Shown here: piece after piece, positions 10,564-21,394 of the stretch | Numbering within the stretch: position 1 is the first letter of the stretch | Layout: the number at the start of each line of letters is the position of its first letter | Position numbers and translations under genes: made by a program | The notes under the pieces: model-generated | Seen by the model: the letters and a program-made list of their open reading frames with translations, nothing else | The model's database searches: none | What the model was told of the DNA's origin: nothing | Origin: an uncultured Alphaproteobacteria bacterium | GTDB taxonomy: Bacteria; Pseudomonadota; Alphaproteobacteria; Rs-D84 | Assembly: GCA_934230415.1 (NCBI GenBank) | Contig: CAKQEW010000003.1 | Location: 73,837 to 137,836, forward strand | Direction: 5' to 3' | Length of the DNA stretch: 64,000 nt

Positions 10564-13500
10564 ATGGCATACCCAAAGACCGATGCGCGTGCGGATTTTC
10601 CCAAACTGGAACAGGAAATATTGGCGTTCTGGCGTGCAGATGACACGTTTCACAAATCACTGAACCAGACCAAGATGGGGCATCCATTTTCGTTCTATGA
10701 CGGGCCACCGTTTGCAAATGGTTTGCCACACTGGGGGCATTTGGGGGTATCCGCGGTCAAGGATATGATTTCGCGGTACCAGACCATGCGTGGTCGCCAT
10801 GTTGTACGCGAACTGGGGTGGGATTGCCACGGTTTGCCGGCCGAATCATCGGTGGAAAAAAAGCAACATCGCCAGGCCAAAGATATTGTTGCAACCGATG
10901 GAATTGCGGCGTTCTGTGATATGTGTCGCACAGACGTTATGACATATTCCAACGAATGGTTAAAATTTATTGAACGTATTGGTCGTTGGGTTGATGGGGG
11001 TAACAATTATGGTTATCGCACCATGGATAAAAATTACATGGAATCGGTTATATGGGCGATAAAGGAATTACATAACCGCGGCCTGCTGTACAAGGATTAC
11101 CGTGTAAATCCGTTTGACTGGAAATTAGGTACTGTTCTGTCTAATTCAGAGGCATCATCCGAATACCAGGATGTCACCGACGATGCCATCACCGTATGGT
11201 TTGCATTGGAAAATGGCGACCGCGCATTGGCGTGGACAACAACGCCATGGACACTGCCCGCGAACAGTGCACTGGCCGTGAATCCAAATATGAAATACCT
11301 GCGGATGCAGGATACCGATGGCAACGTTTATGTTATCGCCGAATCACGTCTGAAATCGTATGAAAAGCAATTTACAAATGCGACCCAGGTTGGTGCGGTA
11401 TTTGGTCGTGATTTGGTCGGTATGAAATATACACCGCTGTTTGATTACTACGCGGGGACATCTGATTTGTTGTACCAGGTGATACCGGCAGACTATGTTT
11501 CTGATGGTGATGGTACCGGTATCGTGCATATTGCCCCCGCATATGGTGAAGACGATTTCTGGGCGGCAAAAAATTTAAACCCGAAATTCCCGGTAATCTT
11601 GAACGTTGATGACTATGGCAACTATACATCTGATGTTCGTGATTGGGCGGGCGAAAATATATTCGCGGCAAATCCGAAAATTATTAACCACCTGCGCGAA
11701 AATGGACATTTGGTAAAGAAAGAACAACATCGTCATTCATACCCATATGGCCCACGCAGCAAGGAAAAGCTGATTTATCGTGCAACTGATTCATGGTACA
11801 TTGACGTGCCAAAAATCCGCAGCCGCCTGGTTGAAATTACAAAAAATCAAACACGTTGGACATCCGCCGGCGACCGTTTTTTAACATGGATAGAGGGCGC
11901 ACGCCCATGGTCAATTTCCCGTAATCGTTTTTGGGGAACACCATTGCCGATATGGACACGTGATGGCGAATACAAAATATTTGGCTCTATTGCAGAGATA
12001 GAAGAATTCTTTGGCGTGAAAATAAATGACCTGCATCGGCCGACATTGGACGCGTTGGAAAAAGATGGTTGGAAACGTATTCCTGACGTTTTGGATTGCT
12101 GGGTTGAATCTGGGTCAATGCCATTTGCATCACTGCATTACCCGTTTGAAAACGCCGATAAATTCGCGGCAACATTCCCGGCAGATTATATCATAGAAGG
12201 CCAGGATCAAACCCGTGGTTGGTTTTATTCATTAATGGTGATGGCGACCGCATTGTTTGATAGCCCGGCGTTCCGCACGGTATCGGCAAACGGTATGATT
12301 GTTGACGAACATAAAAAGAAATTATCAAAATCCGTTGGCAATTTTGTGAACCCAGAACAGCAGATTGAACAATCTGGGGCGGACGCAATTCGTTTGTTTA
12401 TTCTGGGGTCTGGGTTTATGAAGGCCGAACCGGTGTCTATTGATATGGCGGGCAAGGTATTCAGTGACGCCACAAAAACAATCCTGACACCATTGTGGAA
12501 TGCGTATCACTTCTTTACACTGTACGCAAATGCGGGCAATATTGTCGCAGATGGCACAATCACCGCCACAGACAACGTGTTGGATAAATACATTGTTGCC
12601 GAATTAAACGAACTGATTTGCGTGGTTGGTGCGGCATTGGATGAATACAAACCAGATGTTGCAATCAAAGAATTCGTGCGATTCTTGGACGTATTAAATA
12701 ACTGGTACATTCGTCGGTCGCGCGCACGCTTCTGGGACGAAGATGTGGATGCATTTAACACATTGCACTATGTGTTGGTCAATCTGTGTAAATGCCTGGC
12801 ACCGTTTGCCCCGTTTATCAGTGAATATATTTACAAAAACCTGACTGGGAATGAATCTGTGCATTTGGAATTGTTCCCGTGTGTCACAGATACAGATGAA
12901 AAAATTGTATCTGATATGCGACATGTTCAATCGGTTGTATCCGTCGGAAAACAATTGCGCGAACAATATAAATTACGCAATCGTTTGCCACTGGGTAAAA
13001 TCACCATCGCAGGCAGTGATCTGCACGCATATGCAGATATTATCGCCGATGAACTGAACGTTAAACATGTGGATTTCACACCGAATATTTCTGATGTCGC
13101 CGACAGTTTTATTTACCTGATTACACCAAAGATTGGCACACGTCTGGGGCCGGCATTACGCGAAATTATCCCGGCGGTAAAGCAGGGCGCATATGAAATC
13201 AGTGGTGACAAACTGGTGGTTGGCGCGCATACATTGAATGCAGATGAATTTGAAAATCGTCTGACGGTGCGTGATGGAATCACTGGCGCGGCATTGCCTG
13301 ATAATACCGCGGTGGTTGTTCTGGATACAGAAATTAACGCCGAATTGGTGTCAGAAGGTCTGGCAAACGATGCATTGCGATTCATCCAGGATTCGCGCAA
13401 GGCCGCGGGACTGGACGTATCAGACCGTATCAAATTAACGTACCAGGCCGACCCAGCCCTGGCGGCGGCGATTGCGGCACATCGCGACCGCATTATGTCG

Positions 13501-13593
13501 GATGCGCTGATTACAGATATGTCATTGGGCGCCGGCGAATATAATACTGACATAGAAGGCTATGGATTATCCATCGGCATAACCAAGGCATAA
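10564..13593 (+). CDS. ileS: isoleucyl-tRNA synthetase, type 2 (eukaryote/archaeal-like)
   Basis: About 1010 aa. GPPFANGLPHWGHL (HIGH region), KKLSKSVGN (KMSKS). N-terminal architecture is typical of type-2 IleRS rather than the E. coli type-1 enzyme. Confidence 0.9.
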   Translation: MAYPKTDARADFPKLEQEILAFWRADDTFHKSLNQTKMGHPFSFYDGPPFANGLPHWGHLGVSAVKDMISRYQTMRGRHVVRELGWDCHGLPAESSVEKKQHRQAKDIVATDGIAAFCDMCRTDVMTYSNEWLKFIERIGRWVDGGNNYGYRTMDKNYMESVIWAIKELHNRGLLYKDYRVNPFDWKLGTVLSNSEASSEYQDVTDDAITVWFALENGDRALAWTTTPWTLPANSALAVNPNMKYLRMQDTDGNVYVIAESRLKSYEKQFTNATQVGAVFGRDLVGMKYTPLFDYYAGTSDLLYQVIPADYVSDGDGTGIVHIAPAYGEDDFWAAKNLNPKFPVILNVDDYGNYTSDVRDWAGENIFAANPKIINHLRENGHLVKKEQHRHSYPYGPRSKEKLIYRATDSWYIDVPKIRSRLVEITKNQTRWTSAGDRFLTWIEGARPWSISRNRFWGTPLPIWTRDGEYKIFGSIAEIEEFFGVKINDLHRPTLDALEKDGWKRIPDVLDCWVESGSMPFASLHYPFENADKFAATFPADYIIEGQDQTRGWFYSLMVMATALFDSPAFRTVSANGMIVDEHKKKLSKSVGNFVNPEQQIEQSGADAIRLFILGSGFMKAEPVSIDMAGKVFSDATKTILTPLWNAYHFFTLYANAGNIVADGTITATDNVLDKYIVAELNELICVVGAALDEYKPDVAIKEFVRFLDVLNNWYIRRSRARFWDEDVDAFNTLHYVLVNLCKCLAPFAPFISEYIYKNLTGNESVHLELFPCVTDTDEKIVSDMRHVQSVVSVGKQLREQYKLRNRLPLGKITIAGSDLHAYADIIADELNVKHVDFTPNISDVADSFIYLITPKIGTRLGPALREIIPAVKQGAYEISGDKLVVGAHTLNADEFENRLTVRDGITGAALPDNTAVVVLDTEINAELVSEGLANDALRFIQDSRKAAGLDVSDRIKLTYQADPALAAAIAAHRDRIMSDALITDMSLGAGEYNTDIEGYGLSIGITKA

Positions 13594-13594
13594 T

Positions 13595-14251
13595 ATGACA
13601 CCCGCGCAATATTTTAAAATTGTGCCAACACGGCTGAACATGGAAATTCGTTCAGAGTTATATTTTGTGAACGAATTTACGTTCGCCGTGGCGGTCATTT
13701 TATCCGCCCAGGCAACCGATAAAAAGGTTAACGAGGTCACACCAACACTGTTTGCGATTGCACCAACACCGGCAAAAATGATTGCACTGGGGATTGATGG
13801 GTTAACGCAATATATACGCGTAATTTCATTTTTTAATAACAAGGCAAAAAGTATTATTGGTCTGGCGTCCCAGTTAATGGAATATCCCGGCAATGATGAT
13901 GCGGATTATAAATTTCCGCTAAAATTTCATAATCGTGATGAACTGATGAAATTACCTGGTATCGGACAAAAAACCGCAAATGTCGTCATGAACGTTTTAT
14001 GGAACGCGCCGAATATTGGTGTTGATACGCACGTTTTTCGCAATGCGCATCGCTATGGATGGGTGGGTGCTGATGCAAATACACCTGAACGCGTTGAACG
14101 TGAACTGTTAAAAATTATACCGAAAAAATATCATGCAATTTGTAATCACGTAATGGTTTTACATGGTCGGTATACGTGTCGCGCACTGCGCCCGAAATGC
14201 AGCGAATGCCCGGTTGCACACATATGCACCGCCCGCGACAAAACGATATAA
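13595..14251 (+). CDS. nth: endonuclease III (HhH-GPD DNA glycosylase/AP lyase)
   Basis: AVILSAQATDKKVN, HhH LPGIGQKTANVV, VDTHVFR, and a C-terminal 4Fe-4S cluster CRALRPKCSECPVAHIC. Start 2 nt after the ileS stop. Confidence 0.85.
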   Translation: MTPAQYFKIVPTRLNMEIRSELYFVNEFTFAVAVILSAQATDKKVNEVTPTLFAIAPTPAKMIALGIDGLTQYIRVISFFNNKAKSIIGLASQLMEYPGNDDADYKFPLKFHNRDELMKLPGIGQKTANVVMNVLWNAPNIGVDTHVFRNAHRYGWVGADANTPERVERELLKIIPKKYHAICNHVMVLHGRYTCRALRPKCSECPVAHICTARDKTI

Positions 14252-14254
14252 AAA

Positions 14255-14279
14255 AGCCGGCAAATGCCGGCTTTTTTTA
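14255..14279. terminator. bidirectional terminator (GCCGGCAAATGCCGGC hairpin family)
   Basis: Perfect hairpin plus T7 run between convergent nth (+) and pheT (-). Confidence 0.6.
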
Positions 14280-16580
14280 TTTATCACGGATGTGCGCATT
14301 ATATTTACTTTCAACGTTTTTGATAACCGCGTTTTGTAATGCCAATAAATCAGAATCAGACATATTGTCATTTGGCGTAATCGTTATCGCAATTGCGATT
14401 GATTTATTGCCATCTGGCATTACAAACGCATCAAATACAATCGCGTCTGTGATACGATTATCCGCGCTGCGCGCCGCCGAAACCAATTTTTCCGCCGGCA
14501 CATCAGACGATACAATAAATGCAAAATCACGTGAAATCGGCTGAAAATCAGACAATGCATATTCACGTGCATGCCGCGCCGACGGCAGGTTATTAATATC
14601 ATCCACCAACCCAATCATAACATTGGTTTTGATTTTCAGCGCACGCGCCACAACCGGGGACAATTCACCGAATTCTGCGATTTTTTTCTTGCCCTGGTAA
14701 ATTGCACCGTATCTGAACGGATGTGCCCAATGTGGCGGGTTATCGGTTGATACAGTGAACCGCTGGCCATGCATTAATGCAATCAGGTCTGCCTTGACAT
14801 CATATACATCATACGCGCGATTGCGGCCCGACCAATGACGTGGCGCGTTTGTACCCGCACGCAAAATGCAAATCTGGGTATGTTGCGCCCCGGGCGTATC
14901 CCCATCAAACACGGTCCCTAATTCAAACATTGCCAGGTCTGGGTATCCGCGCTTTTCATTATTTGCAACAAATCCCAACATATTACCAACCAGGCAATTA
15001 CGCAACGTATCCATATCAGCAACAATTGGATTTGCAACCATAACTGATTGCTTGTCTGATACCAGTTTTTCAACGCGCGAATTTCCGAAACCAAATGATT
15101 TAGCCTCGTACAAACCACGCGCCGCCAATTCAGATTTTGTGCCGAAATAGTAATCGTTGTGTACCACAGAATCGGTTGCTGTGTGTGTTGCCACCGCCGC
15201 CAATTTATCATACCCGTGTATACGCAACAATTCCGCCACCAGGTTTTCTGGTATCGTTACATCAACACGTGCGGGGCGGGGTGTGACCATCCATTTGTCG
15301 CCTGCATCAGATACCACAAAGCCCAGGTGCGTAAATATATCACGCTGGGTATCCGCCGGCATATCAATGCCTGTTTTTTTCATAAATATGTCTGGGGTGT
15401 ATGCGATTTGAACCGTGGCATCTGGGATTGCACCCGCGCACCCAGTACCGGTAATTTTACCACTGCATACATCTGTTATTATTTTTGCCGCACGCGCCAG
15501 CGCAACCCCGCTGATTGTTGGGTCAATTCCGCGTTCATAACGATATGATGCATCGGTTGATACACCAATACGTTTTGCCGATTTACGCACAGATACCGGA
15601 TTGAAATATGCACTTTCCAGAATGATATTTTTTGTTGTGTCTGTGGTCATTGCGCGCGCGCCACCAATCACACCCGCCAACGCCAATATACCATCATCAT
15701 CCGCGATAACCATATCATTTTCGGTCAATTCATATTCGTGTCCAAACAGGTCTGTGAACCGTTCCCCAGGCGTTGCCATACGCACAACAATATCGCCACG
15801 AACCGCATCGGCATCAAAGCAATGCATCGGTTGCCCCATGTCATAACAGATATAGTTTGTTGCATCAATCGGCGCATTTTTCGGATTAATACCAATTCCG
15901 CCCAGACGCGTGGCAATCACGCCATCTGATGGACGCACATTAATCCCACTGATTTCACAGAATTGATACACCGGGCAACGGTCTGTTTTTATAACAACAT
16001 TACGTGATGTTTTTACCGGCGGTAACGTTTCATCATTTGGCGCAATATATTCACCCAAACCCGCCGCCGCCAGGTCGCGTGCAATTCCACGCACCGCCAG
16101 GTAATCAGGACGATTTGGTGTAATACCCGCATCAAATACAATTGGCATATCCATCACAGGCGCACCAATCACGGTATCCGCCGGCAATTCAATAATACCA
16201 CTGTTGTCATCATTTATCCCCAGTTCGGCACCACTGCACATCATTCCATTTGACATGACACCACGCAATTTACCCGCAGTGATTTCGTGTCCCTGGATTA
16301 CGCATCCCGGCCGTGCCAGCGCAGATATCAATCCAACGCGTGCGTTCGGTGCGCCACACACAACCTGACGCAGGGCGCCGGTGCCATCGTCAACCTGTAA
16401 TATATGCAGGTGGTCGCTGCCGGCCAGTGGTTCACACTGAACAATACGGGCGGCAATCGGGGCCACAGGTGCGATTACATCTTCTACCTCTAGCCCGATG
16501 TGGGTTAACGTATTGGATATATCATCCACAGACGCATCTGTTTTTAAATAATCACGTAACCAATCAAGTGTCCATTTCAT
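14277..16580 (-). CDS. pheT: phenylalanyl-tRNA synthetase beta subunit
   Basis: 767 aa. Has the N-terminal tRNA-binding domain, B3/B4 and B5 regions, and C-terminal anticodon-binding domain typical of PheT. Immediately downstream of pheS. Confidence 0.9.
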   Translation of the reverse strand: MKWTLDWLRDYLKTDASVDDISNTLTHIGLEVEDVIAPVAPIAARIVQCEPLAGSDHLHILQVDDGTGALRQVVCGAPNARVGLISALARPGCVIQGHEITAGKLRGVMSNGMMCSGAELGINDDNSGIIELPADTVIGAPVMDMPIVFDAGITPNRPDYLAVRGIARDLAAAGLGEYIAPNDETLPPVKTSRNVVIKTDRCPVYQFCEISGINVRPSDGVIATRLGGIGINPKNAPIDATNYICYDMGQPMHCFDADAVRGDIVVRMATPGERFTDLFGHEYELTENDMVIADDDGILALAGVIGGARAMTTDTTKNIILESAYFNPVSVRKSAKRIGVSTDASYRYERGIDPTISGVALARAAKIITDVCSGKITGTGCAGAIPDATVQIAYTPDIFMKKTGIDMPADTQRDIFTHLGFVVSDAGDKWMVTPRPARVDVTIPENLVAELLRIHGYDKLAAVATHTATDSVVHNDYYFGTKSELAARGLYEAKSFGFGNSRVEKLVSDKQSVMVANPIVADMDTLRNCLVGNMLGFVANNEKRGYPDLAMFELGTVFDGDTPGAQHTQICILRAGTNAPRHWSGRNRAYDVYDVKADLIALMHGQRFTVSTDNPPHWAHPFRYGAIYQGKKKIAEFGELSPVVARALKIKTNVMIGLVDDINNLPSARHAREYALSDFQPISRDFAFIVSSDVPAEKLVSAARSADNRITDAIVFDAFVMPDGNKSIAIAITITPNDNMSDSDLLALQNAVIKNVESKYNAHIRDK

Positions 16581-16595
16581 AATAAAACCCCTACA

Positions 16596-17549
16596 TTAAA
16601 TATCTGCATTTTCCAACCAGCGAATATCACCATCATAAAACTGGCGAATATCGTTCAGGCCATATTTCAACATTGACAACCGGTCCCAACCAAATCCAAA
16701 TGCAAATCCCTGGTATTCATCAGGATTCACACCACAGTTACGCAATACGTTCGGATGTACCATCCCGGCCCCCATGATTTCCAGCCACTTTTTACCCTGC
16801 CACAACAGGTCAATTTCAATACTGGGTTCGGTAAATGGGAAATACGATGGACGAATACGCAATTTAACATCATCTATTTCAAAGAATCGCTGCAAGAACG
16901 CCTTGATATCACCAATTAAATCACGCATTGTGACGTTTTTATCAATATACAGGCCTTCTATCTGGTGAAACATTGGGGCGTGTGTGGCGTCCATTTCACA
17001 ACGATATGTTGGTCCAATACCAAAAATTTTAATCGGCACACCCAATTTTTCCATACTGCGAATTTGAATTGCCGATGTCTGGGTGCGCAACACATTGCCA
17101 TTTAACAAAAAGAAACTGTCTTGCATATCACGTGCGGGATGATATTCCGGTGTATTCAGCGCGGTAAAGTTATGCCAGTCATCTTCAACCTCGGGCCCGG
17201 TTTGCATCGTATAACCAAATGATTCCAGAATTGCGGAAATATCGGCCAACGCACGCGTCTGGGGGTGCAAACCACCACACGATTCCGGTATTGGATTCAG
17301 GGTTGTGTCCAGGCGCTGGGATTCCAGTTTTTTTATTAATTCTGATTCTTCTATTTCTGCCTGGCGCGATTTAAATGCCGCACGCAATTCGGTGTTTTCT
17401 GTATTCAGTGCCGCACGCGAGGCATTATCTAAATCCTTCATCTGTTTCAGGCGCATTGTCATTGTGCCGTTTTTACCAAATACGGACGTGTACAAGGCCT
17501 GTAATTCATCCAATGTTGTTATATTTTTAATCTGTTCCAGCATATCCAT
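16596..17549 (-). CDS. pheS: phenylalanyl-tRNA synthetase alpha subunit
   Basis: Class II motifs FTEPSIEIDL and GFAFGFGWDRLSMLKYG. Confidence 0.9.
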   Translation of the reverse strand: MDMLEQIKNITTLDELQALYTSVFGKNGTMTMRLKQMKDLDNASRAALNTENTELRAAFKSRQAEIEESELIKKLESQRLDTTLNPIPESCGGLHPQTRALADISAILESFGYTMQTGPEVEDDWHNFTALNTPEYHPARDMQDSFFLLNGNVLRTQTSAIQIRSMEKLGVPIKIFGIGPTYRCEMDATHAPMFHQIEGLYIDKNVTMRDLIGDIKAFLQRFFEIDDVKLRIRPSYFPFTEPSIEIDLLWQGKKWLEIMGAGMVHPNVLRNCGVNPDEYQGFAFGFGWDRLSMLKYGLNDIRQFYDGDIRWLENADI

Positions 17550-17559
17550 ACCCTTTACA

Positions 17560-17590
17560 AAAAATAAAAGCCGTATATTTACGGCTTTTA
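17560..17590 (-). terminator. intrinsic terminator/attenuator between rplT and pheS
   Basis: On the minus strand, hairpin AAAGCCGTAAATATACGGCTTT is followed by ATTTTTTGT and ends 16 nt before the pheS ATG. The RBS AAAGGG follows the T-run. Confidence 0.55.
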
Positions 17591-17621
17591 TTATGACAAA
17601 ACAATCAGCTGCCGCAAAGCA

Positions 17622-17990
17622 TTATTTGGATTCGGCGCCGATAAATCGTTTTGCTGTTTCCACCAATTTGGTGAAGTTTTCGTCCCCTGCATACGCCATT
17701 TCTGCCAAGACCTTGCGATCCAAGGCAACACCGGCCTTTTTCAGACCGTTCATAAACTGGCTGTATGTCATGCCGGCATTACGCACAGCAGCGTTGATAC
17801 GGACAATCCACAGACCGCGGAATTCACGTTTTTTAACGCGACGATCACGGTATGCATACTGACCCGCTTTTTCCGTTTTTTCACGGGCGGCACGGTATGT
17901 CGTGCTGTGGCGACCCAGATACCCTTTGGCACGGGCCAATATTTTATTATGTTTCTGTTTAACGGTTGTACCGCGTTTTACTCTTGCCAT
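17622..17990 (-). CDS. rplT: 50S ribosomal protein L20
   Basis: [18 protein letters not shown]...[11 protein letters not shown], typical bL20. Confidence 0.9.
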   Translation of the reverse strand: MARVKRGTTVKQKHNKILARAKGYLGRHSTTYRAAREKTEKAGQYAYRDRRVKKREFRGLWIVRINAAVRNAGMTYSQFMNGLKKAGVALDRKVLAEMAYAGDENFTKLVETAKRFIGAESK

Positions 17991-18006
17991 CTTAACACCC
18001 CTTTAC

Positions 18007-18210
18007 TTATTTCAGACCATATGGGGCCAAGATTTTCGCCTGACCGATCATGTTATCGTTCAGATACTGTGGTTTTGAACCCGCGTTGTTTGCACGTGCG
18101 GATTTATGACGCAACAGTTTCTTGTGGGCATTACGGGCAACACGGATTTTACCGGTCGCAGTCATAGAAGCGCGCTTTTTCAAGTACGACTTTGTCTTTA
18201 ATTTTGGCAT
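18007..18210 (-). CDS. rpmI: 50S ribosomal protein L35
   Basis: MPKLKTKSYLKKR...GKIRV..NAHKK, typical bL35, upstream of rplT. Confidence 0.85.
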   Translation of the reverse strand: MPKLKTKSYLKKRASMTATGKIRVARNAHKKLLRHKSARANNAGSKPQYLNDNMIGQAKILAPYGLK

Positions 18211-18348
18211 TTTTTCACCTTTTTTTATTATCCTGATGGCAATGCCTTGCCATTTCGGACTGTTTCAACACGGCATTATTCTGGCATAACTAAATAAAAA
18301 ATCAAGTTTTTATTGAATGTTGGGGTTTTAGCGTCTAAACTGTCAGCT

Positions 18349-19173
18349 ATGAATCCACCAAAGCCATCTTCACGTATATATTCATTGGTTAAATCTGCCG
18401 TTGCGGCGGCGGCATTGCCGTTGATTTTTATATACATTATGATTGCAAAGCCAGATTACAGGATTATGAACGCAATGGGGCATGTTGTTGTTCCGGTGGC
18501 AACAGTCGTGGGCGATGTTGTAACATGGCCATTTCGGGCGGGCGCAAATTTAATTGCCAATGTGCATGAATTATCCAGCTTGCGCAGTGAAAACGAAGAA
18601 TTACGTGTGCGCTTGGATGCGGCATTACGCGATAAAAATACATGTGATATTGCAATTGCTGAAAATCAAAAACTGTCGCGTGAATTAGATATCGTGCGTG
18701 CCCAACCGCGTGATGCAATTATGGCGGATGTTATTCATGACACATCGGCATTTCATCATAACACATTTATGATAAACAAGGGCGTACGCAGTGGCCTGGC
18801 ACGTGGAATGGTTATTGTATCGCCTGATGGTATGATGGTTGGTGTAATCAGTGATGTTGCGCCAAATTATGCGCGTGTGCGGGCACTGACTGATTCTGAA
18901 TCAAATATCGCTGTACGTATTATCGGATCAGAGGTTTATGGTTTCCTGACCGGGACCGGCGGTTCACACCCAACAATGGGATTTTTCAGTGACCCTGAAT
19001 TTGAACCAACACCGGGAATAAAATTGGTTACCAGTAATATCAGTGGGGTTTTGCCGGCGGGAATAATCGTTGGCGAAATGATAAACAGCAGCGATGTTCG
19101 CACGGTACCGGTTGGGCGCCTGTCGCGGGTGATGGTATTGGAATTTGACACGGCAAATAAATATAACAAATGA
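18349..19173 (+). CDS. mreC: rod shape-determining protein MreC
   Basis: N-terminal TM segment, coiled-coil (LSSLRSENEELRVRLDAA) and beta-rich C-terminal domain with GFLTGTGG/GVLPAGIIVG. The tracked ORF begins at a TTG 36 nt upstream; the ATG at 18349 was preferred. Confidence 0.8.
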   Translation: MNPPKPSSRIYSLVKSAVAAAALPLIFIYIMIAKPDYRIMNAMGHVVVPVATVVGDVVTWPFRAGANLIANVHELSSLRSENEELRVRLDAALRDKNTCDIAIAENQKLSRELDIVRAQPRDAIMADVIHDTSAFHHNTFMINKGVRSGLARGMVIVSPDGMMVGVISDVAPNYARVRALTDSESNIAVRIIGSEVYGFLTGTGGSHPTMGFFSDPEFEPTPGIKLVTSNISGVLPAGIIVGEMINSSDVRTVPVGRLSRVMVLEFDTANKYNK

Positions 19174-19628
19174 ACAGGGATATAGTTATCTTTCTGCGTC
19201 GCGCATTTCCGTTTTTGTTGACGGTGGGGCTGTGGCGGTTGGCAATGCCGATTTGGAATCCAGGCGGTATGCTGGCCATTATACCAATTTTTTACTGTTC
19301 GTTTGTGCGGCCAATTGATTGGTTTCCGATGTTGTCGGTGATTTTCTGTTTTTTAATTGATTATAATGCAGGTACGTTGTTTTTCTGGACCGCGCTGTAT
19401 TGCCTGGTATATGCAATAAACGGATTCCAGAATTATGTTGATGTCGTGCGCGCGCCGCACCGCGGAATATGGCTGTTTACGGCATATGTTGCGATTGGTA
19501 TTCTGGTTTTATTTTTCAGACATATGTCATTTGCAACACTGGCGCGGGCGCTGTGGCTGATTATATGGCTGTGCGCACTGTATACACCAATAACTGTATT
19601 AATTGATGGGGCACGAAATGATAGATAA
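19170..19628 (+). CDS. mreD: rod shape-determining protein MreD
   Basis: 152 aa polytopic membrane protein overlapping the mreC stop (ATGA). Position and hydrophobicity match MreD. Confidence 0.7.
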   Translation: MNRDIVIFLRRAFPFLLTVGLWRLAMPIWNPGGMLAIIPIFYCSFVRPIDWFPMLSVIFCFLIDYNAGTLFFWTALYCLVYAINGFQNYVDVVRAPHRGIWLFTAYVAIGILVLFFRHMSFATLARALWLIIWLCALYTPITVLIDGARNDR

Positions 19629-21393
19629 AGAAGTCGCCCGTACATTTGACCGCCGCGCCGCCCTGTTTTTAACCGCAGGCAGCGTTTTGACATCTGTGCT
19701 GATTTTGCGCATGTTACAGATGCAGGTGTTTAATTATCGCGAATACACAAAAAAGAGCGAGAATAATTCGTTCCGTATCCAGATTAATATGCCGGAACGT
19801 GGACGAATTTTATCGGCATCTGGGACACCAATTTCACGTGACGCCCCAATATACAGAATTTATATTATTCCCGAAGAAGCCCCAGATGTTAATGCCCTGA
19901 TTGATACGGTGGCATCTGAATTAAAATTGCGGCCAAAACGTGTAAAGAAAATTCGCGAACGCGTGCGGCGTGGTCCACGTTTTCAACCAGTACTGGTCAG
20001 CGAAAATACAAATTGGGCAACATTGGCGGGATTACAGGCGCAAAACCTGGCGGGGTTGCGCGTGGCCAGTGGATATGCCCGTGTATATGAACTGGGGCCG
20101 GCCGGCGCCCAGGTGTTTGGATATGTCGGCGCGCCAAATAAACCGGTCGCAAACGCACCATTTTTTTCAACCGGTATTACCGGCCTGGAAAAACGATTTG
20201 ATGACATATTGGCGGGCACACCAGGTCAAACTGTGATGATTACCAATGCGGTTGGTCGCGTCACAGGCGAAGACAAGTCACAATTTATTGCACCAACACC
20301 CGGCGAAAATATAAAAACAACGATTAATGACACGGCCCAGCGTGCAATGTATGACGCATTGACGGCGTCACGTGCGGGATGCGGGGTTGCACTGGATATA
20401 AATACGGGTGATGTCTTGGCAATGGTTTCCACCCCCAGTTTTGACCCAAATGCATTCAGTGCTGATGATGGGGATGAATATATTGCATCATTGCGTAATG
20501 ACCGTGCAAAACCATTTATGAACAAAACGGTTGAGGGGTTATATCCACCCGGTTCAACATTTAAAATTGTTGTGGCATTGGCGGGTCTGGAATCAGGTGC
20601 AATCACACCAAATGAAAAGATATTCTGTCCGGGACATTGGGATTATGGTGACCGGCGTTATCACTGTTGGGAAAAACAGGGACATGGATGGGTTGACCTG
20701 GCCGGGGCATTAAAGCATTCGTGCGACATATACTTTTACCAGATGGCGCTGCGCATTGGTATTGATGCAATTCGCGAAATGGCGATAAAGTTGGGATTTA
20801 CAGAAAAATATATGGATGATGTAATCGCGCGCGAAATGCCTGGCGTTATTCCAGACCGTTATTGGAAAGAAAAAAATATCGGCGCGCGTTGGGTACATGG
20901 CGACACGATTATTTCCGGTATCGGCCAGGGATTTATCCTGGCAAACTGTATGCAATTGGCGGTCATGATGGCGCGTACGGCATCCAATCGTGTTGTGCGT
21001 CCACGCCTGATATTGACTGATAAAAAGCCAGAATTTGATTCGTTGGGGCTGCAACAGAAAAATATAAAATATGTACTGAATGGTCTGGAACAGGTAACGC
21101 GTCCCGGTGGGACCGCCGCGGGCAGTGCGATTAATGTTGGTGGTGCAAAAATGGGGGGTAAAACCGGCACATCCCAGGTCCGCAGTATTTCCAAGGCTGA
21201 ACGCCAGAGTGGTGTTTTAACCAACGAACAATTAAAATGGAATATGCGTAACCATGGTCTGTTTGTTGGTTACGCCCCAACAACAAATCCAAAATATGCG
21301 GTATGTGTTATCACAGAACACAGTGGTGGCAGTGGGTCTGCGGCACGCACAGCCGCCGCAGTTATGCGCGAATTATTAAAGGGTGGTAAATAA
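19618..21393 (+). CDS. mrdA: penicillin-binding protein 2 (elongasome transpeptidase)
   Basis: N-terminal membrane anchor followed by STFK (active-site SxxK: GSTFKIVVALAGLE), SGN-like and KTGT (GGKTGTSQ) motifs. Start ambiguous among TTG 19603, ATG 19606 and ATG 19618. Confidence 0.85.
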   Translation: MIDKEVARTFDRRAALFLTAGSVLTSVLILRMLQMQVFNYREYTKKSENNSFRIQINMPERGRILSASGTPISRDAPIYRIYIIPEEAPDVNALIDTVASELKLRPKRVKKIRERVRRGPRFQPVLVSENTNWATLAGLQAQNLAGLRVASGYARVYELGPAGAQVFGYVGAPNKPVANAPFFSTGITGLEKRFDDILAGTPGQTVMITNAVGRVTGEDKSQFIAPTPGENIKTTINDTAQRAMYDALTASRAGCGVALDINTGDVLAMVSTPSFDPNAFSADDGDEYIASLRNDRAKPFMNKTVEGLYPPGSTFKIVVALAGLESGAITPNEKIFCPGHWDYGDRRYHCWEKQGHGWVDLAGALKHSCDIYFYQMALRIGIDAIREMAIKLGFTEKYMDDVIAREMPGVIPDRYWKEKNIGARWVHGDTIISGIGQGFILANCMQLAVMMARTASNRVVRPRLILTDKKPEFDSLGLQQKNIKYVLNGLEQVTRPGGTAAGSAINVGGAKMGGKTGTSQVRSISKAERQSGVLTNEQLKWNMRNHGLFVGYAPTTNPKYAVCVITEHSGGSGSAARTAAAVMRELLKGGK

Positions 21394-21394
21394 A

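Noticed and set aside
17550-17621. Leader peptide (pheM-like) upstream of pheS
   Set aside because: Only 72 nt separate rplT and pheS, and there is no short Phe-rich ORF with an RBS. Only the hairpin-terminator is present.
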